64,000 nt of DNA, from positions 1-64,000 of the IMG/VR virus record IMGVR_UViG_3300037247_000655; one strand, 5' to 3'. Position 1 is the first letter of the stretch, and every line of letters begins with the position of its first letter. The notes under the pieces were generated by a model that was not told where the DNA came from, ran no database searches, and saw only the letters and a program-made list of their open reading frames with translations. The position numbers and the translations under genes were made by a program. This stretch comes from a virus. Shown in pieces: positions 47,424-57,345 of this stretch.

Positions 47424-49108
47424 TGACCCCTCTTGCTAGTTCGTGTAACTTATTTACCAATGGATACGAACCTAGACCAACTCTGTCGTGTCCAACACTA
47501 GACCCATCAGCATCTATACAGATAACAGATACGTTGATAGGTGTTTATCAGTCCAGAATAGATGCAGTAATAAATCAGTTGGGCAAAAGTGTGTTACTTG
47601 ATTTTGATCCGAACAGGGAGGACTGCCCAAATTGTTGGACTTCTGGGGCAATGATTTCTACACCAAACGGACCGCAACAAATACAGGATATTAAACCCGG
47701 AGACTATGTTTTTTCTCCTAGTGGTAATATCCGTAAGGTTAATGGTGTATTTACCTCACAGTATAGTGGGAGATTATTCAATATTAAATGTTATGGGATA
47801 AGTGCTCCGGAATACATGACAGCAGATCACAAATTGCCCGTTGTTCGAAAAATGAGATCCTTATATACGCAACATCAATGGGTTGATCACGACTATATCC
47901 TAGCCAATCCATGTGTCGAGTTAGTTAAGACAAAAGATATAGAGATAGGTGACGCTTTAATTATGCCAAATGTTCCGCATAATGACAATGATCTAAAAAC
48001 AATTTATATAGATGGATTTGGAGATATTGATTGTACTGATGATCTTTTGAATTTTCTTGGTTGGTGGTTGGCGGAAGGATGTATCCATAAATCTGAATAT
48101 CCACGAGAAATAAATTTTTGCCTATGTGCTTCAAAAGAAAATGAAATAGCAGATTATTTAATAAATATTGGGAGAAAAATATTTGATTTAAAGGGCACAA
48201 AAACATTCAGAACCAATGCTGATAATCTATTGGTGAATTTCTATTCCACTAAATTAACAAAATTTTTGATGAAATTTGGGTTATGTGCGTGGAATAAATC
48301 TATTCCAAATAATTTGTTTACAAAACTATCTCAAAGACAACTTCGTATTTTATTCGATGCATATAGAAATGGTGATGGGAATATTTATACAAATTCAGAA
48401 TTTTCAATTTATAATCGTTATTCAATAATTACTACTAGTAAAATTTTAGCATTTCAAATATTTGAATGTTTAACACGAGATAATTTGATACCATCTATCT
48501 GTTATAAAAAAGGCAGAACTACTATGGATGGAGTCAAACATAGAGAATTTTGGGTAGTAGTTTGGTTACCAGATAGGAAACAACAAAAAAGTTGTGTCAG
48601 GGAAAGTAATATTGGACAACTCTCAATGGTAAGAAATATAGAACAAATAGAGTCTACCATCATTGTATATAATATTGATGTAGATGTAGACCACCAATAC
48701 GTAGTTAACGGCATAGCTTCTCAAAATTGTAACTTTGACATGATTAGAGGAAGATCACGCAACGTATATACACCTGGTGGGCCAAGACCTTTTACACTAG
48801 GTCGTCAGTGCCCCTATTGTAAGGGTAACGGATTTCTAGAAACCCCAGTTCAGAAGTGTATCAGGTGTTTAATACGCTGGAATCCAAAGGATGCTATCGA
48901 TTACGGCATCTCTATTAGTCGCGGAACAAATGTAGTACGATTTAAGACATATCTATACAACTATCCTGATTTGGTACGAGCTAAATTTGCTATATCTAAT
49001 TACGCTAGCCAAGATATAGCTAAATTAAAAGTTCGAAGAATAAAGGATCCAATCATAACAGGATTGAGAGATGACAGGTATTGTATTAGTTTTTGGGAAA
49101 CCATATAG
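47423..49108 (+). CDS. Neck/head-closure-like Zn-finger protein (domain B), intein-containing
   Basis: Extein with CPNC and CPYCKG; lies between the adaptor and tail-completion genes. Confidence 0.65.
   Translation: MTPLASSCNLFTNGYEPRPTLSCPTLDPSASIQITDTLIGVYQSRIDAVINQLGKSVLLDFDPNREDCPNCWTSGAMISTPNGPQQIQDIKPGDYVFSPSGNIRKVNGVFTSQYSGRLFNIKCYGISAPEYMTADHKLPVVRKMRSLYTQHQWVDHDYILANPCVELVKTKDIEIGDALIMPNVPHNDNDLKTIYIDGFGDIDCTDDLLNFLGWWLAEGCIHKSEYPREINFCLCASKENEIADYLINIGRKIFDLKGTKTFRTNADNLLVNFYSTKLTKFLMKFGLCAWNKSIPNNLFTKLSQRQLRILFDAYRNGDGNIYTNSEFSIYNRYSIITTSKILAFQIFECLTRDNLIPSICYKKGRTTMDGVKHREFWVVVWLPDRKQQKSCVRESNIGQLSMVRNIEQIESTIIVYNIDVDVDHQYVVNGIASQNCNFDMIRGRSRNVYTPGGPRPFTLGRQCPYCKGNGFLETPVQKCIRCLIRWNPKDAIDYGISISRGTNVVRFKTYLYNYPDLVRAKFAISNYASQDIAKLKVRRIKDPIITGLRDDRYCISFWETI
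47633..48727 (+). mobile_element. Intein (365 aa) with LAGLIDADG endonuclease
   Basis: DCPN|CWTSGA...TADHK...VYNIDV...NGIASQN|CNFD; LGWWLAEG and AYRNGDG; AT-rich relative to its flanks. Confidence 0.9.
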
Positions 49109-49807
49109 ATGTCAAAAATAAAATTTACAATAGAGACTACGAAACAAACCCTCTCCCAATTAGCAAAGGGCGTAAGGAGAGAAGGTTCTAGATTATGGGG
49201 ACGTGCTGCTATAGTGAATGGCCCTGCAGTCAGTTTGGGGATAGGAACAATGCTTGTCAAAAAATTTGAGAGCACTGCTGTGGCAAAATCTTTGCGTGGA
49301 CAAGGTTCCGAAGATCTACCAGCTCATTTCGGATTGAGTGACGGTATGGCTAGTGCCTTGGTCGACGGCATGGGTGAATTGATTAGATCATCTGTGCAAA
49401 TTATTAGTAAAAGAGACGGTCATTCAGTTTATCTTAGGATACGGGCTGTATCAACTGACTGGAACGAATATCTTTCTTTGCCTGGTGCTCAGTATATATC
49501 CAGTCCATCAAATATCACGATTCCAGTAGCAAAATGGCTGCTGATTGATCCAAGTATAGATATAGGACAAGCGGCATACGATATAGTATTTAAGGGAGAG
49601 GACTCAAAAGTAGACGCCCAGATAGAGAAAGTATCTCGCAGTGGACGAGCAATCATGGTGTCTTTGGAGAAACTCGGTGGCAGTGGTGGCTATGTTTTAC
49701 CCAGCATAGTCTCTGGTCAGGCTGGTCAGAACTTTATCGAATACACCTTGGGGCAAAAAGGGGTAGCGATAGAGGCTGCTAATATACTAATGAAAAAGGT
49801 GGGATAA
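49109..49807 (+). CDS. Hypothetical neck/tail-completion protein
   Basis: Position in the structural operon. Confidence 0.5.
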   Translation: MSKIKFTIETTKQTLSQLAKGVRREGSRLWGRAAIVNGPAVSLGIGTMLVKKFESTAVAKSLRGQGSEDLPAHFGLSDGMASALVDGMGELIRSSVQIISKRDGHSVYLRIRAVSTDWNEYLSLPGAQYISSPSNITIPVAKWLLIDPSIDIGQAAYDIVFKGEDSKVDAQIEKVSRSGRAIMVSLEKLGGSGGYVLPSIVSGQAGQNFIEYTLGQKGVAIEAANILMKKVG

Positions 49808-50593
49808 ATGGATATTAAAGATTTCCTTATTGAGGTGAGACAGGGTAATATTCCTGGGTACTCGATAGAGCACAAATTTGGTCGCAACGACAATATCCAA
49901 AACGGTATTTGGGGGTTAGTATCTCCAATCGGTGGTTCTGGAGTATTTAGAACATCCGCAATTCAAATGAGAGTCAAATCAGGAGGCAGTGTTGATGACA
50001 CCGTAGATGGCGATGGCGCTCGCGGGATTACTGTTATTGGTATTGATTCATCACTGACAGAGATATCTGAAACAATCGTCACATCTGGCGCAGGTGTTAG
50101 TTTGCCTACTACTGCTAGATTCTGGAGAGTATATCGTTCCTATGTAGCTGATGGTGCAGTTGGTACATATGGTGGAAGCAATGTAGGTAATATTATCATA
50201 GAAGACTCTGGGGGTGCGGATAATATAATACAGATATCAGAAGACGAAGGACAATCACAGCATGGTGCATATTCCATTCCTGCTGGAAGAACTGGATATC
50301 TTTTAACCGTACACCTAACAACAGATGCTTCAAAAGCTGCTGATTTTAGGTTATTTACTCGCGAAGACTTTACTAATGTGTTATCGTCGATGTCTCCAAA
50401 GAGACTAAGACTTTACTGGGATGGTATACTAGGACACGTCGATGCATATATTCCTCACTCTCCAGGTATATCACTACCTGCCTTAACTGATGTTTGGATA
50501 GAAGCGGAAGGTGGAGGAGCGAACACTGAAGTATCGGTGGATTTCGAAATTTTATTAGTAGACAATCCTGTGTCACATATCAAACGTATCTAG
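49808..50593 (+). CDS. Hypothetical virion protein
   Basis: Beta-rich, coupled in the structural operon. Confidence 0.55.
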   Translation: MDIKDFLIEVRQGNIPGYSIEHKFGRNDNIQNGIWGLVSPIGGSGVFRTSAIQMRVKSGGSVDDTVDGDGARGITVIGIDSSLTEISETIVTSGAGVSLPTTARFWRVYRSYVADGAVGTYGGSNVGNIIIEDSGGADNIIQISEDEGQSQHGAYSIPAGRTGYLLTVHLTTDASKAADFRLFTREDFTNVLSSMSPKRLRLYWDGILGHVDAYIPHSPGISLPALTDVWIEAEGGGANTEVSVDFEILLVDNPVSHIKRI

Positions 50594-50613
50594 TCTTTGT
50601 TGGGAGAAACAAT

Positions 50614-51549
50614 ATGTGTGCATTAAACTTCAAAGGAACAAATATTGGTGGATTCGGAGGATACGAATTAACTGATCAATTACAGTATAACGTTAAATGG
50701 TTTTTGGATTGGAATTTTTTGAACAATGGTGCTTATGGAATTTACGAGTATGATTCGGCAAGCTGGTATGATGACGACGAATCTAAATTACATCTTGTCC
50801 CGGATGAGAGATATGTTGAAGGTAGTGTGTGGGAGGGCGCGGGACGAGAATGGTCGTGGGAAAGTGGAGTTTCATTAGGTAGTGGTGCCATAGATCCTTT
50901 CCGTGTCTCAGGGGTCTACATAGAGGGGGATTTCTATCCAATTAGTTCTGTAGGTATTAATCGCCATCACGTTGATTATCTCAATGGTAGAATTATATTC
51001 GACGAACCCAAAGATGCTAGCGATGATATCCGGGCTGAATACACTAGACGATCAGTCCATGTCGGGTTTGCTGATGATTCTGAATTTAGACGACTCATGT
51101 TGAATGCAGTGGAGGAGTTCTTGACAGACTCTTTGCCGTCTGGCACAACCTCTAGGGAACACCAGATTTGGCTACCGAGTATTTTCATTGAGGCAGTGAA
51201 TGGTGAACAGAGGGGTTTGCAGCTCGGTGGAGGTCAGATAAAAACGAGGTATATAACTTTTCATATATTCGCAGATAATCCACAAGATCGCAACTTGTTA
51301 AAAGATTGGCTTGATTATCAGAGTAGAACAACATTTTGGATGGCAGATCTCAATAGTCTTACATTTCCATTCGACGAGTATGGAGATATTATTCCTGGGG
51401 TAACCAATTGGGTAGACATGACTATTGATCATCCATGGAAGAAACTACGGGTTATAGACAGTAATTCAGCCACAATAAATTCATTAAATTCACAACTGTT
51501 TAGGGCTCGGGTGACATGGGAAATCGAGATAGATTTTGGTTCAATTTGA
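50614..51549 (+). CDS. Tail terminator/completion-like protein
   Basis: LPSIFIE...QLGGG...FHIFA...RN.L.D; immediately before the tail tube gene. Confidence 0.55.
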   Translation: MCALNFKGTNIGGFGGYELTDQLQYNVKWFLDWNFLNNGAYGIYEYDSASWYDDDESKLHLVPDERYVEGSVWEGAGREWSWESGVSLGSGAIDPFRVSGVYIEGDFYPISSVGINRHHVDYLNGRIIFDEPKDASDDIRAEYTRRSVHVGFADDSEFRRLMLNAVEEFLTDSLPSGTTSREHQIWLPSIFIEAVNGEQRGLQLGGGQIKTRYITFHIFADNPQDRNLLKDWLDYQSRTTFWMADLNSLTFPFDEYGDIIPGVTNWVDMTIDHPWKKLRVIDSNSATINSLNSQLFRARVTWEIEIDFGSI

Positions 51550-51555
51550 ATTTCT

Positions 51556-51564
51556 GGTGTATAA
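51556..51564 (+). promoter_or_regulatory. Class-2 promoter GGTGTATAA
   Basis: Intergenic, upstream of the tail tube gene. Confidence 0.6.
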
Positions 51565-51619
51565 CACAATAGTTGGACAGTTGTTTGGATAGTTCTAATT
51601 GAAGGGAGAATGACAAGAA

Positions 51620-52732
51620 GTGTCTCAGAATAGAATTTTTTACGCGATTCAATCATTGGGTTTCGCCCCGCATAATACGCTGTGTCCACTGGACGCAGGT
51701 GCATTGCATGAGGGTTCTGGAACACATCCGTCTGGATTCATAACTGCACACGGTGTACAAAGTGTTGGACTCAATACTACGTTCAATCTTGAGCAAGTAT
51801 TTGAACTTGGTCAGCTGGAGCTTTACGAGAATATCGAAGGTATCCCCGACATTGAGTTGACTGTACAGAAGGTGTTGGACGGATATCCATTGCTATACCA
51901 CTTGTCTACGCCAAATGCGTCGTCTGCAACCTTGGTTGGTCGCTCAAATGAACGATGTTTTGCTGCCCTAAATATATACCCAGATACTTTCGATAACGCT
52001 TCTGGTGTACCACTTCAATCCGTAGGAATGTCTGGAATGTATGTTTCGGCCCTATCTTACACAATGAACGTAGAAGGCAGTTCCACGGAAGACGCCACTT
52101 TTGTAGGTAACAACAAAGAATGGGTTGCTTCGGGCCTTACGCACTTTGCCCCATCTGTCTTTGATGGTTCTGATGCTCCCCTATCACTTGCTGCGTCTGG
52201 TGGTGTGGCACAACGTGAAAATATTCTGATGGGCTCTGGGTGCTCTATGGACAATGCTGGTGTTATTACTGGAGTTAGTGGCAGTCTCTGGCCGACAGAG
52301 ATCGGTGGTATAGATGCGAATGGATGGAACCTTGTATCTGGGGATTCTTATCTTGCTCACCTTCAGACAGCTACGGTTGCAACAGACCTTGGTCGAGAGG
52401 AATTATTCGAACTGGGCCGTAGAGGTCCCTATCATAGATTCGTATCGTTTCCAACTGAAGTTACCTGCTCAATTGATACAACTTCGTCTGAGGGCGATCT
52501 AATTGACGCTCTTGCTGATCCTGTAGGTGGATCTAATCTCAGCAATCAGAAGATTTTCATCTGGGTTGAAGAGGGGACGCGAATCAATCTTGGGGCGAAG
52601 AATAAGTTGGCATCTGTTACTTATGGAGGCGGAGATGCTGGTGGCGGAAATGTTAATGTAAGTTACAACTATTCGAATTTCAACAGCTTACGCGTCACTC
52701 ATACAGCAGATCCAGCAGGACTTGCAACGTAG
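51620..52732 (+). CDS. Major tail (tube) protein
   Basis: GVQSVG...EQVFELGQ and REELFELG internal duplication; own promoter and terminator. Confidence 0.7.
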   Translation: MSQNRIFYAIQSLGFAPHNTLCPLDAGALHEGSGTHPSGFITAHGVQSVGLNTTFNLEQVFELGQLELYENIEGIPDIELTVQKVLDGYPLLYHLSTPNASSATLVGRSNERCFAALNIYPDTFDNASGVPLQSVGMSGMYVSALSYTMNVEGSSTEDATFVGNNKEWVASGLTHFAPSVFDGSDAPLSLAASGGVAQRENILMGSGCSMDNAGVITGVSGSLWPTEIGGIDANGWNLVSGDSYLAHLQTATVATDLGREELFELGRRGPYHRFVSFPTEVTCSIDTTSSEGDLIDALADPVGGSNLSNQKIFIWVEEGTRINLGAKNKLASVTYGGGDAGGGNVNVSYNYSNFNSLRVTHTADPAGLAT

Positions 52733-52759
52733 AATACATGGTTTAATTTGTTATCAGTT

Positions 52760-52794
52760 AATCGGGGTGGTTTTCGGACCATCCCGATTTTTTT
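52760..52794 (+). terminator. Rho-independent terminator
   Basis: AATCGGGGTGGTT-ttcg-GACCATCCCGATT followed by a T run. Confidence 0.85.
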
Positions 52795-52803
52795 ATTTTA
52801 TAC

Positions 52804-52832
52804 GCAACAAATGTGTTACCCATACGTATAAT
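52804..52832 (+). promoter_or_regulatory. Class-1 promoter GCAACA-N15-CGTATAAT
   Basis: Recurrent motif. Confidence 0.75.
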
Positions 52833-52848
52833 AGTATAGGAGAAAAAT

Positions 52849-53625
52849 ATGGCAACTGACCCCAAAACATTAGCGTATCGCAAAGAACACAATTTGTGCC
52901 CAAGAGACGGCAGGGCAAATAAACCTGGACGCAAGATGTGTGATTATTGTCTGCAGAAATCTGCAGAAAAGACTGAGCGACACAGACAAAAGAAGAAGGC
53001 TGAGAGCCTTTGTTTATCTTGTGGCAAAATAGTGGATAATGTTAAGTTTTGTGATACATGTAAGAAGAATGTAGCTATTACGTTGCACAAATCGCACATT
53101 AAAAGATATGGTTTGCGAAAAGAAACAGGTCGATGCATTCATTGTTGTGCGGATACTGCTCCTGGCAAGGCTGCTTGTCAACCATGTTTGGATAAGAGGG
53201 GATCTCTTCAAAACGCTAAGCACGACAAAAATAGACTGAATGGTAGATGCTCGCAATGTGGCGGTGATCGTGGTGACTCAAAGGGTAAAAGGTGTCAAAT
53301 ATGTATCGAAAAACGCAATAACTGGTATCAAGGATCACCTACTCAGGCCAAAGATAAAGTTAGGAGAGATGAAAACCGTGAAGCTGTTATCAAACATTAT
53401 GGTGGTAGGTGTGTTTGTTGTAACGAAGATGAGCCGTGCTTTTTGGCTATAGACCACATAGACGGTGACGGCAATACTCATCGTAAACAGATAAAAAAGT
53501 ATGGGTCCGGATTTTTCAAATGGTTGGTTGACAATGATTTCCCGACAGGATTTCAGGTCCTGTGCCACAATTGCAACGTGGGCAAACATCTTAACGGTGG
53601 TATATGTCCACACCAAGTCCCATAA
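52849..53625 (+). CDS. HNH endonuclease with N-terminal CxxC repeats
   Basis: Four Cys-rich repeats; CVCC...IDHIDGDG...VLCHNCN. Confidence 0.85.
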   Translation: MATDPKTLAYRKEHNLCPRDGRANKPGRKMCDYCLQKSAEKTERHRQKKKAESLCLSCGKIVDNVKFCDTCKKNVAITLHKSHIKRYGLRKETGRCIHCCADTAPGKAACQPCLDKRGSLQNAKHDKNRLNGRCSQCGGDRGDSKGKRCQICIEKRNNWYQGSPTQAKDKVRRDENREAVIKHYGGRCVCCNEDEPCFLAIDHIDGDGNTHRKQIKKYGSGFFKWLVDNDFPTGFQVLCHNCNVGKHLNGGICPHQVP

Positions 53626-53644
53626 CCACAATTTTATTTTTAAT

Positions 53645-53672
53645 GGAACAGCCCCTTTGTCCAACGTATAAT
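53645..53672 (+). promoter_or_regulatory. Class-1 promoter GGAACA-N14-CGTATAAT
   Basis: Recurrent motif with a spacer 1 nt shorter. Confidence 0.65.
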
Positions 53673-53690
53673 GTGTATGGAGGAATTTAG

Positions 53691-54715
53691 ATGTATTTTC
53701 ACGTAACCGTTGCTGTAATGCCAGGTGTTCCAGATCCTATACACATAACTCTTGACATTGGCGATAAGACGGCTTTGATGGATCTCTCAAAGACAGATGC
53801 GCGTGAACTTATGCATTTCTTGGCTGAACCATGCGGCATTACACAAAATGGCAACACAATACTTTGGTTCAAGGCTGGTTATGGTCGGGAGTGTAGGTTT
53901 CTATGGAGTGGCTGTATGTTCGTTCTCATGAAGGTGTGCACACCCCCTGGTATCGACCAAAAATATGTAGTAGATCTTGTTCTAGAAAGAGACGCAGCTA
54001 CATGTTTATCAAAGGGAATATCCAATGCACTTAATGCTGACACCAAAACTGATTTGATCAATCCTACGGATTTACTAGCCGGTGCGGATAAGAGGCTGGA
54101 CGACAACTTGCGTTCAGTTTTTACATAGGACGAGAAAAATGGTTGAACAACATGCTTGTCCTACGTGCGAGAAAGATGGGTTTGTACGATGTGAGTGGGC
54201 TAAGACCTATGACGTACAGAGTGGCTATATAAGGTGCAATAACAAAGCAGAGTATTACATGAAAACAACGATGAAGGATTTTGGGATACAAACAACTACT
54301 TATTTGTGTACTACCCATTACAAGATGACAAAGGATGATACAAATAGATGAAGGAATTAGAAAAGTGATCTATTTCGTAGTTGCTCAAAAAGAACAAGAT
54401 GGAGAATGGAAGTTGTTCGGTCCAGATGAACGTATAGAAAAGGCTGATGAGAAGATCGCCGAATTAGAGAATGACCCCGCGTATTCTCAAGTTGAGCTGG
54501 CTAGGGTGTTGACAGACGAAGATGGGCCAGATTGGCTGCGTGATCCTCCGTCAGTACCATGGAATGTAATATATCCTGATCATTGGCCTTCACACTATAA
54601 CGGTAATTCAGAACCATGTGGCATGATAGAGGGGCCATGTGGTTGTGGGGCCTGGCATTCCATGGATGAAAATTGGGTTAAAGAAATGATTGACCAGTAT
54701 GGTTTGCCTGAGTAA
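53691..54715 (+). CDS. Three hypothetical proteins (53691..54128, ending 54351, 54335..54715)
   Basis: RBS GGAGGA; coupled ORFs. Confidence 0.55.
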
Positions 54716-54721
54716 ATTACG

Positions 54722-55363
54722 ATGCCAAAATTAGTCGATTTAATTGGGCAAAGATTTGGAAGATTGCTGGTAATAGAACCTCATTATAGTAGCAAATACA
54801 AAAGAGTTCTATGGCTATGTCAGTGTGAATGTGGGAAAGAAAAAATTGTTTTGGGTTATAATCTCAAAAGTGGCAATACACAAAGTTGCGGGTGTTTAGG
54901 TAAAGAAGGAAATCATGCAATACACGGTCACCATAGAAGAGGGAAAGCAACCAGAGAGTACAAATCATGGGCTTCCATGAAAGAACGATGCACTAATCCC
55001 AACCACAAATATTGGAAGAATTATGGTGGTCGTGGAATTACGGTTTGTAAGAAATGGATGGAATTCTCTAATTTCCTTATGGATATGGGAGAAAGACCTT
55101 CAGGATGTACGCTCGAACGGATAAAAAACGAAAAGGGATATTTTAAAAAGAATTGCTATTGGGCAACACGAAATCAACAACAGAGAAACACACGAAGGAA
55201 TCTCTATGTTTCATACGCAGGGGAACGATGGCTTTTTATAGAATTGTGTGAAAAATTTAATATGCCTCGTCAACTTGTGTATGGTAGATATTATGGGCTC
55301 TATTGGACTCTGGAAGAAGCCCTAATAACCACCGTTGGGGAAAAGAGAAAAAGAAATGATTGA
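54722..55363 (+). CDS. Phage HNH-type homing endonuclease
   Basis: GQRFGRL, WLCQCECG, SCGC, YGGRGITVC, TLERIKN..GY...NC.WAT. Confidence 0.85.
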   Translation: MPKLVDLIGQRFGRLLVIEPHYSSKYKRVLWLCQCECGKEKIVLGYNLKSGNTQSCGCLGKEGNHAIHGHHRRGKATREYKSWASMKERCTNPNHKYWKNYGGRGITVCKKWMEFSNFLMDMGERPSGCTLERIKNEKGYFKKNCYWATRNQQQRNTRRNLYVSYAGERWLFIELCEKFNMPRQLVYGRYYGLYWTLEEALITTVGEKRKRND

Positions 55364-57248
55364 TATCAAACGATTGGAAAAAGCGTCAGAAGCCTATTAT
55401 TCTGGTAATCCACTAATGACCGATGCAGAATTCGATATGGCCATTGCCGAATTACAGGAAAGTGATCCTGATAGTTATTTTCTTAAACGTATCGGAGCGC
55501 CCGTTCCTGGTGTGTCGAAAGCTAAGCATGCCATACAGATGGGGAGTCTGAATAACATACATGACGAAAAAGAATTTCGAACTTGGGTGCCTAGCGATGG
55601 ACCCTATATTTGTTTGTCTCATAAACTTGATGGTTCATCTTTGGAATTAGTTTACAAGGATGGTCACTTTATACAGGCAATAACACGTGGGGATGGTGAA
55701 GTCGGGGAAGACGTTACCAGAAATGTCCTAGCCTCGAAGAATGTCCCATTGTCTATCAATCCACTGATTGTATCTGTTCGATGCGAATGTTTGATACTTA
55801 AGGACGATTGGGAAAACCATTTCGAGGGAGACGCTAATCCTCGCAATTCTGCTGCAGGTACACTCCGTCGCCACGATGGTCGCAATGCTGAATATCTTAG
55901 GTTCTATGCTTTTGATGCAATAATAGATGAGGCAAAAAAAACCCCAGGGAATTCGCTCTTTACTGTGTCTGATATGGATACATTAGATATGCTGTCTCTA
56001 TGGTTCCTAACTCCATCTCGTAAATGGTCCAATGATCCATCGACTATGATAAGTTGGTATAAAAAAGAAGAAGAACGTAGAGACTGTCTATCGTATGAGA
56101 TTGATGGTATAGTGGCTAAAATTGATGATCGCCAGGCGTCTTTTAAAATGGGCATCGTAAATGGTCACCCTAAAGGACAAGTAGCTATAAAATTCAAACC
56201 CCGTGGTGGTGAGACCGTATTGAGAAGTGTAACGTGGCAAGTTGGTCATACGGGGGTTTTGTCTCCGGTAGGTATAGTTGATCCAGTTGGTGTTGGAGGG
56301 ACTACCATACGACGTGTTACATTATGCAATATGGATGAGATAGATCGTCTTGGTATAGCTATTGGGGATACTATAGAGATCATCAGAGCTTGTGATGTTA
56401 TCCCAAAGTTATCTAAAATGATAAAAAAAGGTTCTAATAGAAAACTTATTCATCCTCCCCTTTCTTGTCCTGCATGCTGCCTGGCAACAACAAGAGATGG
56501 TGCGCATATTCGATGTAGAAATCATGAATGTACCCTCAAATCTTATCATCGCGTAATGAATTGGGTTAAAAAACGCAACATCCTCAACGTAGGAATAAAA
56601 CTGATAATAGCAGCAAAAATAAAAACCATTTCTCAATTGTATAAAACTAGTATGGATGAATGGGAAGATGTAAGAATTAGTAATCGTATATTTGGTGAGA
56701 AGAGGGCAAAGAAGGTAATTGATGCTCTAGAAAAATCCAAAATTGTTTCATTGCCAGATTTCTTGGGGTCTCTTGGAATCAAGGGGGTCGGTAGATCTTT
56801 GGCGTCTGGTTTGTGCGAGCATTTTAGTGGTCTTCCAGATAGTCAATTAACACTTAAAGATATTTTTTGGCTTAAAGAGCAGGATGTTGCAGGACACGAG
56901 AAGTTTGGTAAGATCAGAGCATCTGATTTCTGTGATTGGTTACAACAACATAAGGTTGAGATTGAGGTATTAGCTGATATGATGGATATACAGTATGAAA
57001 CGAATGACGAGAAGGGTATTTTTGATGGAGAGGTAATTTGTTTTACTGGTAAGTCGCCAAAACCTCGCCCAGAAATGATCCGTTTAGCGGAAGCTGCTGG
57101 TGCATTAGTGTCTAACTCTGTTAATAGCAATACCACCATATTAGTAGTGGCTGATACGAACAAGAAGTCGTCTAAGTCTATTAGGGCGGGTCAATTTGGA
57201 ATCAGAATTATGTCAACCCAGGATTTCATGATTCAGGTAGATGGTTGA
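55356..57248 (+). CDS. ligA: NAD-dependent DNA ligase
   Basis: KLDG, TRGDG..GEDVT, NPRN, EIDG, Zn finger, HhH, C-terminal BRCT. Confidence 0.95.
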   Translation: MIDIKRLEKASEAYYSGNPLMTDAEFDMAIAELQESDPDSYFLKRIGAPVPGVSKAKHAIQMGSLNNIHDEKEFRTWVPSDGPYICLSHKLDGSSLELVYKDGHFIQAITRGDGEVGEDVTRNVLASKNVPLSINPLIVSVRCECLILKDDWENHFEGDANPRNSAAGTLRRHDGRNAEYLRFYAFDAIIDEAKKTPGNSLFTVSDMDTLDMLSLWFLTPSRKWSNDPSTMISWYKKEEERRDCLSYEIDGIVAKIDDRQASFKMGIVNGHPKGQVAIKFKPRGGETVLRSVTWQVGHTGVLSPVGIVDPVGVGGTTIRRVTLCNMDEIDRLGIAIGDTIEIIRACDVIPKLSKMIKKGSNRKLIHPPLSCPACCLATTRDGAHIRCRNHECTLKSYHRVMNWVKKRNILNVGIKLIIAAKIKTISQLYKTSMDEWEDVRISNRIFGEKRAKKVIDALEKSKIVSLPDFLGSLGIKGVGRSLASGLCEHFSGLPDSQLTLKDIFWLKEQDVAGHEKFGKIRASDFCDWLQQHKVEIEVLADMMDIQYETNDEKGIFDGEVICFTGKSPKPRPEMIRLAEAAGALVSNSVNSNTTILVVADTNKKSSKSIRAGQFGIRIMSTQDFMIQVDG

Positions 57249-57345
57249 CGAACAAAGAATTGTTGATTTTGTACACCCTGACTTTTTGTGTCTTGCCACC
57301 CCCAGGCCAAAGGCCAGAATTAATATGGTTCAATTATCATATTTA

